The position numbers and the translations under genes are program-made. The notes under the pieces are model-generated. The model was not told the DNA's origin. It ran no database searches and saw nothing but the letters and a program-made list of their open reading frames with translations. From Myxococcota bacterium (GTDB lineage: Bacteria > Myxococcota_A > UBA9160 > SMWR01): a DNA stretch of 64,000 bases. Of this stretch, positions 45,174 to 53,760 are shown piece after piece (within the stretch, counting starts at the first letter, position 1; every line of letters begins with the position of its first letter). The stretch lies in the NCBI GenBank assembly GCA_036336695.1, contig JAYZFQ010000014.1, forward strand, positions 3,585-67,584. Direction: 5' to 3'.

Positions 45174-46117
45174 GGCGCCGGGAAGAGGAGCGTGAGTGCT
45201 CCCGGCAGGACATCCACCCGAGCCGGCAGAGAGCCCAGCGGCTCCCCGTCGGCTTCTACGGGAAGCGTCGCCTCCGCCGCGTCCAGTTCGAAACTGCGGC
45301 CGCGACAGAGACGCACGATCGGGTCCTCGAGATGGACACCCCGGTAGAGCTTGTGGAGCTTGCCCGCGAGGCGCAGGCGCGAGCAGCCGCGCACGATGAC
45401 CGCGTCGAAGACCCCATCGTCGGGACGGGCGCCCGGCGCCACGGGAATTCCGCCACCGAAACTTCCGGCATTCGCCAGGACCGCGAGCACCAACGGTCCC
45501 TCGTGCACGGTTTCTCCGTCCACGCGGACCGTCGCCGGCGCCGGTCGCAGCCCCACGACCGTGCGAAGGATGGCAAGGAGAAACGCCAACGAGCCGCCGG
45601 CGCGGCCGAGCCACCCGAGCCGCCGCCCATAGGCGTCGGCCAAGGCGACCACTCGCCCACTGGCGCCAAAACTCACCTCGTTCGCGAACCAGGACGTCCG
45701 CTCGCGCCCTTCCGCGTCGCGGCAACGCACGCGCCCGGCGTCGATCGGTCGCGGTTTCGCGGTCTCGAGGGCTTCCCCCGCCAACCCGGCATCCAGAGGC
45801 AGCCCGAGGCCCCGCACCAGGTCGCCGCCCGTCCCGAAGGGCAGGAGACCGATCTGTACGGTATTGCCGAGGCCGGCGGAAAGCAGGCCCGTCGCCACTT
45901 CGGAGACGGTGCCGTCGCCCCCGGCCACGATGATCCGCTCCACCCCGGCGCGCGCGGCTTCACGCGCCACCCGCACCGCATCCCGTGGAGCCCCCGTGGG
46001 TTGCACCTCGAGGGGGCCGAGGCCCCGGCGGAGCCGCTGTTCGAGCTGCGCCCACCGACGCGCGTGGCGACCGCCACGGCTCCGGGGGTTCAGAACGACC
46101 AGGGTCTTCGCCGGCAC
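45170..46117 (-). CDS. Diacylglycerol-kinase catalytic-domain (YegS/BmrU-type) kinase
   Basis: LVVLNPRSRGG, IIVAGGDGTVSEV and LLPFGTGGDL. Confidence 0.85.
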   Translation of the reverse strand: MPAKTLVVLNPRSRGGRHARRWAQLEQRLRRGLGPLEVQPTGAPRDAVRVAREAARAGVERIIVAGGDGTVSEVATGLLSAGLGNTVQIGLLPFGTGGDLVRGLGLPLDAGLAGEALETAKPRPIDAGRVRCRDAEGRERTSWFANEVSFGASGRVVALADAYGRRLGWLGRAGGSLAFLLAILRTVVGLRPAPATVRVDGETVHEGPLVLAVLANAGSFGGGIPVAPGARPDDGVFDAVIVRGCSRLRLAGKLHKLYRGVHLEDPIVRLCRGRSFELDAAEATLPVEADGEPLGSLPARVDVLPGALTLLFPAP

Positions 46118-46181
46118 GGGCGAAAGGTTACACGAGCGGCATGGCGCGTTTCCGGGGAAACGCCGGCTCGACCGCCCGGTA

Positions 46182-48461
46182 TCAGTTTCGCGCGCGGAGC
46201 AGGTTCAGCGCCGAACCCGCCCGGAACCAATCGATCTGCTCTTCCGACATCGAGTGGCTGACGTCCACCTCGTCGCGGCTCCCGTCTTCGTGGTGGAACA
46301 CCGCCTTCAGGGTTCGACCCTGGGCCAGATCGGCGAGTCCCGTCACGCTCACCCGGTCCGTCTCACGGACCTTTTCGTAGTCGGCCGGGTCCACGAAGGC
46401 AAGCGGCAATACGCCCTGCTTCTTCAGGTTCGACTCGTGAATCCGCGCAAAGCTGCGCACGATGACCGCTGCTGCGCCGAGCAGACGCGGCGACATCGCC
46501 GCGTGCTCTCGGCTCGAACCCTCGCCGTAGTTCTCATCCCCCACCACCACCCAGCGCTTTCCCGCAGCCTTGTAGCGCTTGGCGGTCTCGGAAAACGCGA
46601 CACTCGTATCGCCCGAGAGCTGGTCGAGGCCGTGTCCGGTCTCTTCCGTGAAGGCGTTCACGGCTCCTGTGAACATGTTGTCGCTGATGTTCGTCAGGTG
46701 CCCCCGGAAACGGAGCCACTTTCCCGCCGGTGAAATGTGGTCCGTCGTGCACTTGCCCGCCGCCTTGAGGAGCAGCGGAACCTCGACGAAATCCTCGCCG
46801 TCCCAGGCGGCGAACGGCTCGAGGACTTCCAGGCGCTCGCTCCCCGGCGCGACGACCACGCTCGCGCCCTTTCGCTCCTCCGGAGGCGGCGGGGCCAGGT
46901 AGCCCTCGAAGCTCTCCACGAAGCCGCGCCCCGGAACCTCGGGCGCCGTCGCCGGCGGCTCGAGGCGGTAGCGCTCGCCGCTCTCCGCAACCAGTTCGTC
47001 GGCCAGCGGATTCACACCGAGATCACCCGCGAGCGCGAAGGCCACCACCACTTCGGGGCTCGCGATGAACGAAAGCGTTCCCGAATTGCCGTCGTTGCGG
47101 CGGCGGAAATTCCGGTTGTACGAATTGATGATCGAGTTCGACTCGCCCTCGGCAACGTCGTCCCGCTTCCACTGGCCGATGCACGGGCCGCAGGCGTTCG
47201 CCAGCACGACAGCGCCGATGGACTCGAAGTCCTGCATCTGCCCGTCTCTCTGGATCGTGCGGTGGATCTGTTCCGAACCCGGCGTCACCCAGAGTTTCGT
47301 CTTCGCCCGGGCGCCGTGACGCGCAGCCTGACGCGCCACATCCGCCGCGCGCTCCAGATCTTCGTAGGAGGAGTTCGTGCAGCTACCGATCAGTGCGGAG
47401 GAAAGGGCTTCCGGGTACCCGTTTTCCCGCGCGTCGGATGCCATGCGCGATACCGGCCGCGCCAGGTCCGGCGTGTGAGGACCCACCACATGGGGCTCCA
47501 GCGCGGACAGGTCGATCTCCACCACCTCGTCGTAGAAGCGTTCGGGATCCTCGTGGACCTCGGGGTCCGCGCGAAGCAATTCCGCGCGCTTTTCCGCGAG
47601 TTCGGCGATCTCGCCGCGCGAGGTGGCGCGCAGGTAGGTCGCCATGCGCTCGTCGAAGGGAAAGATGGACGTCGTGGCGCCGAGCTCCGCGCCCATGTTC
47701 GTGATCGTGCCCTTCCCCGTGCAGCTGATAGACGCTGTGCCTGGACCGAAGTACTCGATCACGCGGTTGGTCCCGCCCTTCACGGTGAGCACCTCGCAGA
47801 CCTTCAAGATCACGTCCTTCGGCGCCGTCCAGCCCGACAGGGATCCCGTGAGGTGAACACCGACCAGGTTCGGCTGCAACACTTCCCAGGGAAAACCCGC
47901 CATCACGTCGACGGCGTCGGCTCCACCGACGCCGCAGGCAAACATGCCGAGTCCACCGGCGTTGGGCGTGTGAGAGTCGGTTCCGATCATCATGCCGCCC
48001 GGGAAGGCGTACTTCTCGAGCACCACCTGGTGGATGATGCCCGCGCCGGGACCCCAGAAACCGATGCCGTAACGTGCAGCCCCACTGCGAAGGAATTCGT
48101 AGACCTCGCCATTGACGTCCTGGGCGACGCGAAGATCGTCACCCGCACCGACACGGGCCTGGATCAGGTGATCGCAGTGCACCGTCGTCGGGACTGCCGT
48201 TTCCTCGCGACCCGCGAGCATGAACTGGAGCAACGCCATCTGCGCGGTGGCGTCCTGCATCGCGATCCGATCGGGACACGTCTGCACGTAACTGCGGCCG
48301 GGGGCGATTTCCGTCGCTGCGGGATCGGCGAGGTGGCCGAGAAAGATCTTTTCGGCGTAGGTCAGCGGCCGCGCGAGGCGTTCCCGCACGACGGCGACGT
48401 TGCGTTCCAAGCTTTCGTAGACGGAGCCCACCAGCTCCGGAGTGGTCTCGATTGCGCCCAT
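46182..48461 (-). CDS. Aconitate hydratase (about 760 aa, mitochondrial-type)
   Basis: DRIAMQDATAQMA, VHCDHLI, IGTDSHTPNAGG, NACGPCIGQW and SSREHAA. AGGAGG lies upstream of ATG 48461. Confidence 0.95.
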   Translation of the reverse strand: MGAIETTPELVGSVYESLERNVAVVRERLARPLTYAEKIFLGHLADPAATEIAPGRSYVQTCPDRIAMQDATAQMALLQFMLAGREETAVPTTVHCDHLIQARVGAGDDLRVAQDVNGEVYEFLRSGAARYGIGFWGPGAGIIHQVVLEKYAFPGGMMIGTDSHTPNAGGLGMFACGVGGADAVDVMAGFPWEVLQPNLVGVHLTGSLSGWTAPKDVILKVCEVLTVKGGTNRVIEYFGPGTASISCTGKGTITNMGAELGATTSIFPFDERMATYLRATSRGEIAELAEKRAELLRADPEVHEDPERFYDEVVEIDLSALEPHVVGPHTPDLARPVSRMASDARENGYPEALSSALIGSCTNSSYEDLERAADVARQAARHGARAKTKLWVTPGSEQIHRTIQRDGQMQDFESIGAVVLANACGPCIGQWKRDDVAEGESNSIINSYNRNFRRRNDGNSGTLSFIASPEVVVAFALAGDLGVNPLADELVAESGERYRLEPPATAPEVPGRGFVESFEGYLAPPPPEERKGASVVVAPGSERLEVLEPFAAWDGEDFVEVPLLLKAAGKCTTDHISPAGKWLRFRGHLTNISDNMFTGAVNAFTEETGHGLDQLSGDTSVAFSETAKRYKAAGKRWVVVGDENYGEGSSREHAAMSPRLLGAAAVIVRSFARIHESNLKKQGVLPLAFVDPADYEKVRETDRVSVTGLADLAQGRTLKAVFHHEDGSRDEVDVSHSMSEEQIDWFRAGSALNLLRARN

Positions 48462-48483
48462 GTGGCCTCCTGGGCTTCACACA

Positions 48484-49884
48484 CTAGCGCAACGCGACCC
48501 CCAGTTCGGAAAGCAGGTGGGCGGCGGCGTGGGTGGCCTTCCGGAAATCCTCGAGGTCGAGGCTTTCGTTTTCCCCGTGCGCGTTGCACGGCGGATCTTC
48601 GAGTCCGAGCAACAGCTGGGGAACCCCGCCCATCACCTCGCCGAAGGGCCCGACGAACGGAATCGTCCCGCCACAGCCTATCGTCACGGCCTCGCGCCCG
48701 AAGCCGGCGGAAAGCGCGCGGCGCGCCGCCTCGAATGCGGGCCCCTCGGGTGCGGTGCGCCAACCCGGAACCTGGGCGACGACGGACGCCTCGACCCGGG
48801 CACCCATGGGGGGAGACTCCGTCAGGAACCGGATCACGCAGGCCGCCACACGTTCCGGGTCCTGTCCCGGCGCGAGCCGGACGCCGACACGGGCACGTGC
48901 CTCGTCGACCAGCTGGTTGGCCGCCGTGGCGAAGGGCATCGCCTCGAGCGCCGTCACCGCGATCGCGGGGCGATGCCACAGGCGCTCGTACACCGAGCAG
49001 TCGGCGTAGCCAGACAAGGGAACGCCGGGAACGACTCCCGCTGCTTCCCGAAAGGCGTCGGCATCGAAGGGCAGCGCAGCGATGCGCGCTCGTTCTTCGG
49101 CGTCGAGCTCGGGAACGTCGTCATCGAGTCCGGGGACCGCCGGAACTCCAGCGTCATCGACCAGCCGGCCCAACAGGCGGGCCAGTGCAGTCGCAGCATC
49201 GGGAACCGGGCCGCCCCACATACCGCTGTGCACGTTGTGATCGAGGACACGCAACGAGACATCGACCTGGAGAATTCCCCGCAGGCTGGTGGTGAGCGAG
49301 GGAATGCCGGTTTCGAGATTCTGGGTGTCGGAAAGCACGAGAACATCCGCATCGAGCCGCTCGCGATGCACGCGGAGGAATTCCGCCAGGTGTCCCGAGC
49401 CGATCTCTTCTTCTCCCTCCACGATGAGCTTCACGTGGAGCGGCGGGCCCCCTTCCGCCTCGATCCACGCGCGCAACGCCGCCGCGTGGAGACAAAACCC
49501 CGCCTTGTCATCGACCACGCCACGACCGTAGAGCCGTCCATCGTCACGGAGCGTCGGCTCAAACGCCGGGGTCTCCCACCGGTCGAGGCGGCCGGGCGGC
49601 TGGACGTCGTGGTGCGCGTAGATCAGTGCAGTCGCTGCACCGGGGTTGGACGCACGCTTTTCCGCCACCACATAGGGGTGCGCGCCGGGAAGCCGGAGCA
49701 CCTCGACCCCGTCGAGTCCGGCGTCGCGCATCACGTCCGCCACGGCATCCGCAGAGCGTTCGAGTTCGGCGGGGTCGAACCCCGTCGCGCTGACCCCGGG
49801 AATCCGAGACAGCGTCACGAGTTCTTCGAGACTCGCATCGAAGCCGTTGTCGATCGCTTCGCAAACCTTCTGCGTCGCGGGCAT
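48484..49884 (-). CDS. M20-family dipeptidase / peptidase
   Basis: YAHHDVQP, GRGVVDDKAG, EGEEEIGS and NAHGENE. ATG 49884 was chosen as the start. The upstream 244 codons of the ORF were rejected. Confidence 0.85.
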   Translation of the reverse strand: MPATQKVCEAIDNGFDASLEELVTLSRIPGVSATGFDPAELERSADAVADVMRDAGLDGVEVLRLPGAHPYVVAEKRASNPGAATALIYAHHDVQPPGRLDRWETPAFEPTLRDDGRLYGRGVVDDKAGFCLHAAALRAWIEAEGGPPLHVKLIVEGEEEIGSGHLAEFLRVHRERLDADVLVLSDTQNLETGIPSLTTSLRGILQVDVSLRVLDHNVHSGMWGGPVPDAATALARLLGRLVDDAGVPAVPGLDDDVPELDAEERARIAALPFDADAFREAAGVVPGVPLSGYADCSVYERLWHRPAIAVTALEAMPFATAANQLVDEARARVGVRLAPGQDPERVAACVIRFLTESPPMGARVEASVVAQVPGWRTAPEGPAFEAARRALSAGFGREAVTIGCGGTIPFVGPFGEVMGGVPQLLLGLEDPPCNAHGENESLDLEDFRKATHAAAHLLSELGVALR

Positions 49885-49910
49885 TGGACCAGTGGTAGCA
49901 TGCGCGTGGC

Positions 49911-50771
49911 ATGGAGCCGACACCGCGCAACGTTCCCGGGTCCACGGGGTTCGACCTGAACCTGCTCGAATGGAGCACCGAAGGCGTCCCCCTCCTCCTG
50001 CTCCACGGCTTCGGCAACGAGGCGCACATCTGGGACGACTTCGCGCCCGCCGTCGCTCCGTATTACCGGACCCTCGCCTTGGACCACCGCGGGCACGGGG
50101 ACTCCGGATGGGACCCGGAAGCCCGCTATGACCTGGATTTTTTCGTCGACGATGTCGAGTCCGTAACGGAAGCGCTCGGCATCGAACGCCTCGTTCTGGT
50201 CGGTCACTCCCTCGGCGGTCGTGTCTCGACCCTCTTCGCGGGCCGCCACCCGGAACGCGTCGCCGGCCTCGTTCTGGTGGATATCGGCCCCGAGTTGGAT
50301 GCCCGCGGCGTCCTGCGCATTCGCGAGGAAACCCAGTCCAGCCTGAGTCCGATCTTCGACTCCACCGAAGGCTACGCGCGCCTCCTCTCCCTGCACTACC
50401 CCGCGGCCACGGCAGACGCCATCCAGCGCATGACACGCCACGGGCTGCGCAAGCGCCCCGACAGCCGCTACGAGTTGAAGCAGGATCCAGCGCTGCGCGG
50501 CTCCATTTCACGAGACGCCAGCGAGGCCGCCTTGCGGGAGGAACGCCTCGTCCAGGAGCAGTGGGACGCGCTGGCGAAGATCCCGGCACCGACGCTCGTC
50601 GTGCGTGGCGCGGCATCCGATGTCTTTGCTCCGGACGTCGCAGACCGGATGGCCGACGAGGTTCTCCAGAACGGCCAGCTCGCCGTCGTCGGCCAGGCAG
50701 GCCACTCGGTGATGACGGACAACCCGGAAGGATTTCGCGATGCCGTGACGGAGTTCGTCCTCGCCGAGTAG
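49911..50771 (+). CDS. Alpha/beta-fold hydrolase
   Basis: LLLLHGFG, GHSLGG (nucleophile elbow) and a C-terminal GHSVMTDNP. Confidence 0.85.
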   Translation: MEPTPRNVPGSTGFDLNLLEWSTEGVPLLLLHGFGNEAHIWDDFAPAVAPYYRTLALDHRGHGDSGWDPEARYDLDFFVDDVESVTEALGIERLVLVGHSLGGRVSTLFAGRHPERVAGLVLVDIGPELDARGVLRIREETQSSLSPIFDSTEGYARLLSLHYPAATADAIQRMTRHGLRKRPDSRYELKQDPALRGSISRDASEAALREERLVQEQWDALAKIPAPTLVVRGAASDVFAPDVADRMADEVLQNGQLAVVGQAGHSVMTDNPEGFRDAVTEFVLAE

Positions 50772-50820
50772 CCCGACCGGCAGGGCGTTCCCCGAGGCCC
50801 TGCTAGACTGCGCACCAGCG

Positions 50821-51483
50821 ATGCTTGGATTCGAGAGTCCTGCGAATCACGTGCGGGCAGTCGCCGCTGCCCTGTTCGCGCTGGGGATCACCGCATCCTC
50901 TTCCCCGGCAGAGCAGTCTCCAGAAACGGCGGCACAACCCGCCGAGATCGTCGACGAGCTCGACGCAGCGCTCACCGAGGTGATGAAGAACGGCGAAGAA
51001 CTCGGCTACTCCGGGCGCTTCGAACAGCTGGAACCCATCATTCGGCGACTCTTCGACCTGGACTTCATGGCGGAGAAAATCGCGGGGCGGCACTGGAAGA
51101 CCATGACCCCGGAAGAACAGGCGCGTCTCGTCGATACCTTCAGCCGCTACACGATCGCGAACTATGCGGGGCGCTTCTCGAGCTGGTCGGGCCAGGAATT
51201 CCGGCGGCTGGGAGAGGAGCCGGCGGCACGCGGCACCGTCGTGGTTCGGACCGAGCTCCTCGACCCCGATGGTGAGAACGTGAAGCTCGACTACCGCTTG
51301 CGACGAACGCCAGCGCGCGGCTGGCAGATCGTCGACATCTACTTCAACGGGACCGTGAGCGAACTCGCCCTCCGCCGATCAGAGTACTCGTCCCTGATCA
51401 AACGCGAAGGGGTGCCCGCCCTCCTCACCGCGCTCGACGAGCGCATTGCGAAGCTCGCCGCGGGAACGTCGGACGGAAGCTGA
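50821..51483 (+). CDS. mlaC: MlaC/Ttg2D-family lipid-binding periplasmic protein
   Basis: Signal peptide, then FDLDFMAEKIAGRHWKTMTPEEQARLVDTFSRYTIANYA and WQIVDIYFNGTVSEL, which are typical of MlaC/HpnM. Confidence 0.8.
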   Translation: MLGFESPANHVRAVAAALFALGITASSSPAEQSPETAAQPAEIVDELDAALTEVMKNGEELGYSGRFEQLEPIIRRLFDLDFMAEKIAGRHWKTMTPEEQARLVDTFSRYTIANYAGRFSSWSGQEFRRLGEEPAARGTVVVRTELLDPDGENVKLDYRLRRTPARGWQIVDIYFNGTVSELALRRSEYSSLIKREGVPALLTALDERIAKLAAGTSDGS

Positions 51484-51504
51484 CCGGAGCGCGCCCGAAA
51501 AGCG

Positions 51505-52347
51505 CTAGAGGGAGGAGGCAGCCGTTTCGGGTCGCCCGGCTGCCTCGATCTGCTTCGCCCGCGCCTGGGTATAGGCGCTGCGAAGCACGGCGTACGGATC
51601 GATCGACGAACTCTCCAGCGCCTGCATCTGGTCGCGAACCTCGTCCCGGCGCGCGACACCGATCCCGCCGTACCCGATGAGCTGCACCGGAACGGCCAGG
51701 ACGTAGGTGAGCGGATGAAATGCCCGGTCGACCACGAAACCGAGCCCGTCGCGCAGCGTGGTGGGACCGAGCAGCGGCATGATGATGTAGGGACCCGGGC
51801 CGACACCGACCTTGGCGAGCGTCTGGCCGAAATCCGCAGGCACCAGGGCGAGCCCGGCGCCGCTGGCCGTCTCGACCAGACCCCCCAGTCCAAAGGTCAG
51901 GTTCATCGCAAAGGCACCCAGCGTCTCCAGGGCGTCCAGGGGGCGAAGTTGGAGCAGGTTGTTCACGATGAAGATCGGCGCATTCAGGTTGTGAAACGCC
52001 CGCAGGATCGCGCGACGCACCACCCCGGGCACCACGAAGCGATAGCCGCGGGTGAGCGGGTCGAAGAAGACCTTCGAGGCCCCGCGGTTGAAGCTGTAGA
52101 TCGCCCGGTTGCTGGTCTCGAAGGGATCGTAGATCTCCTCCGGTTCGGCCTCGTCGTCGAACAGGGGGTCCGGCTCGAGTTCGTCGTTCGGCAAACCCCC
52201 CGAGGAATGGGGGTTTTCTACTACGGTCGAGACTACGGGCGGGTCCGGCGGATGCGCCGACCCCTCGGCTGCTGCACCGGCAGGCACCAGCAAGAGCGCC
52301 GCTGCGACGGCGTAAACGACAGCCCACCGCCTGTAGGTCGCAGCCAT
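51505..52347 (-). CDS. mlaA: MlaA/VacJ-family outer-membrane lipoprotein
   Basis: DPFETSNRAIYSFN, NLNAPIFIVNNLLQ, DFGQTLA and YIIMPLLGPTTLRD. ATG 52347. Confidence 0.9.
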   Translation of the reverse strand: MAATYRRWAVVYAVAAALLLVPAGAAAEGSAHPPDPPVVSTVVENPHSSGGLPNDELEPDPLFDDEAEPEEIYDPFETSNRAIYSFNRGASKVFFDPLTRGYRFVVPGVVRRAILRAFHNLNAPIFIVNNLLQLRPLDALETLGAFAMNLTFGLGGLVETASGAGLALVPADFGQTLAKVGVGPGPYIIMPLLGPTTLRDGLGFVVDRAFHPLTYVLAVPVQLIGYGGIGVARRDEVRDQMQALESSSIDPYAVLRSAYTQARAKQIEAAGRPETAASSL

Positions 52348-52572
52348 GCCCGTCTCCTGGGCCGGAATCACCGCCGAATCGGTTTGGGGGAGCGGGCGTT
52401 CCCCGAGGGTAAGGACTGCCCCCGAACCCGCGCGGGAAATGTACTCCTGCCCGCCGCTGCGGGCCAACCGATTCCCGGGTAGGCTACCGTCCCGCGTCAC
52501 CGGAGATCCCCGGCCTCGGGCCCAAGTTTCCCCCTGAATGTCCCGACAAGGTTGCTCCTGGAGGGCGATAGC

Positions 52573-53760
52573 GTGGACGTGTTCAGGAAGTGCTTCGAAA
52601 CCGTGAAGCGGGCCGACCCGCTCCACAGCGCCGGCGTCTACCCCTACTACCGGGTCCTCTCCTCCCCCCAAGAGCCGGTGGTCGTCCACCAGGGCCAGGA
52701 CCTGATCATGCTCGGGTCCAACAACTACCTCGGGCTCACCAGCCACCCGGCGGTGAAGGCAGCCGCAGCGAAGGCCCTGGACCACTACGGGACCGGGTGC
52801 GCCGGCTCGCGCCTGCTGAACGGGACCCTGGAGATCCACGTCGAGCTCGAGGAGCGCCTCGCCGAGTTCATGGGCCGGGAAGCGGCACTCACGTTCTCGA
52901 CGGGGTACCAGGTGAACCTGGGTGTCCTCTCCTGCCTCCTGGACCGCTCCGACATCGCCTTCCTGGACGCCCTCGACCACGCCTGCATCATCGACGGCGC
53001 TCGCCTGGGCTTCGGACGGAGCCACAAGTTCCGACACAACGACGTCGCGGACCTCGAAAAGAAGCTCGCCGCGGCTCCGGAGGACAAGGGGCGACTCATC
53101 GTGGTCGACGGCGTGTTCTCCATGGAAGGCGACCTGGCACCGCTGCCCGAAATCGCGGAACTCAAGAAACGCTACGGGGCTCGGCTCATGGTCGACGACG
53201 CCCATGGGCTGGGTGTCTTCGGCGCCCACGGGCGAGGCACCCCCGAGCACTTCGACGTCGAGTCGGACGTGGACCTGGTCATGGGGACCTTCTCGAAGTC
53301 CCTGGCCGCCGTGGGTGGCTTCATCGCCGGCGATCGCGGCGTCATCGAACACGTGAAGCACCACGCGCGCTCCGAGATCTTCTCCGCCGCCCCGCCCCCC
53401 GCTTCCATGGCGGCAGCGCTCAAAGCCCTCGAAATCGTCCAGCTCGAGCCGGAGCGGCGCAAGCAACTGTGGGAAAACACGGAATACATGCAGCGGGGTC
53501 TCGACGCCCTGGGCTTCGACACCGGGGACTCCGCATCACCGGTGATCCCGATCGTGATCGGAGAAGACACCGATGCCTACGCTGCGGCCATGGAACTCCA
53601 GGAGGAAGGCCTCTTCGTGAATCCCGTGGTGACGCCCGCCGTTCCCCCGGGCCGTTCCATGATCCGGACGTCCTACATGGCGACCCACACCCGCGAGCAC
53701 CTCGACCGGGCCCTGGATGCGCTGGCAAAGGTCGGCCGGCGGCGGGGCCTGATTCCCTAG
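52573..53760 (+). CDS. Alpha-oxoamine synthase, serine palmitoyltransferase-like
   Basis: SNNYLGL, GSRLLNGT, FSTGYQVN, FRHNDVADLEKKL, DDAHGLG and GTFSKS (PLP lysine). ERRKQLWEN and GLFVNPVVTPAVPPG parallel Sphingomonas SPT as I recall it. GTG 52573 has GGAGGG 8 nt upstream. TTG 52552 is an alternative start. Confidence 0.75.
   Translation: MDVFRKCFETVKRADPLHSAGVYPYYRVLSSPQEPVVVHQGQDLIMLGSNNYLGLTSHPAVKAAAAKALDHYGTGCAGSRLLNGTLEIHVELEERLAEFMGREAALTFSTGYQVNLGVLSCLLDRSDIAFLDALDHACIIDGARLGFGRSHKFRHNDVADLEKKLAAAPEDKGRLIVVDGVFSMEGDLAPLPEIAELKKRYGARLMVDDAHGLGVFGAHGRGTPEHFDVESDVDLVMGTFSKSLAAVGGFIAGDRGVIEHVKHHARSEIFSAAPPPASMAAALKALEIVQLEPERRKQLWENTEYMQRGLDALGFDTGDSASPVIPIVIGEDTDAYAAAMELQEEGLFVNPVVTPAVPPGRSMIRTSYMATHTREHLDRALDALAKVGRRRGLIP

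Noticed and set aside
46143-46164. Hairpin downstream of the aconitase gene as an intrinsic terminator
   Set aside because: The stem is interrupted by a 2-nt bulge and is not followed by a U-tract on the transcribed (minus) strand. It is too weak to call.
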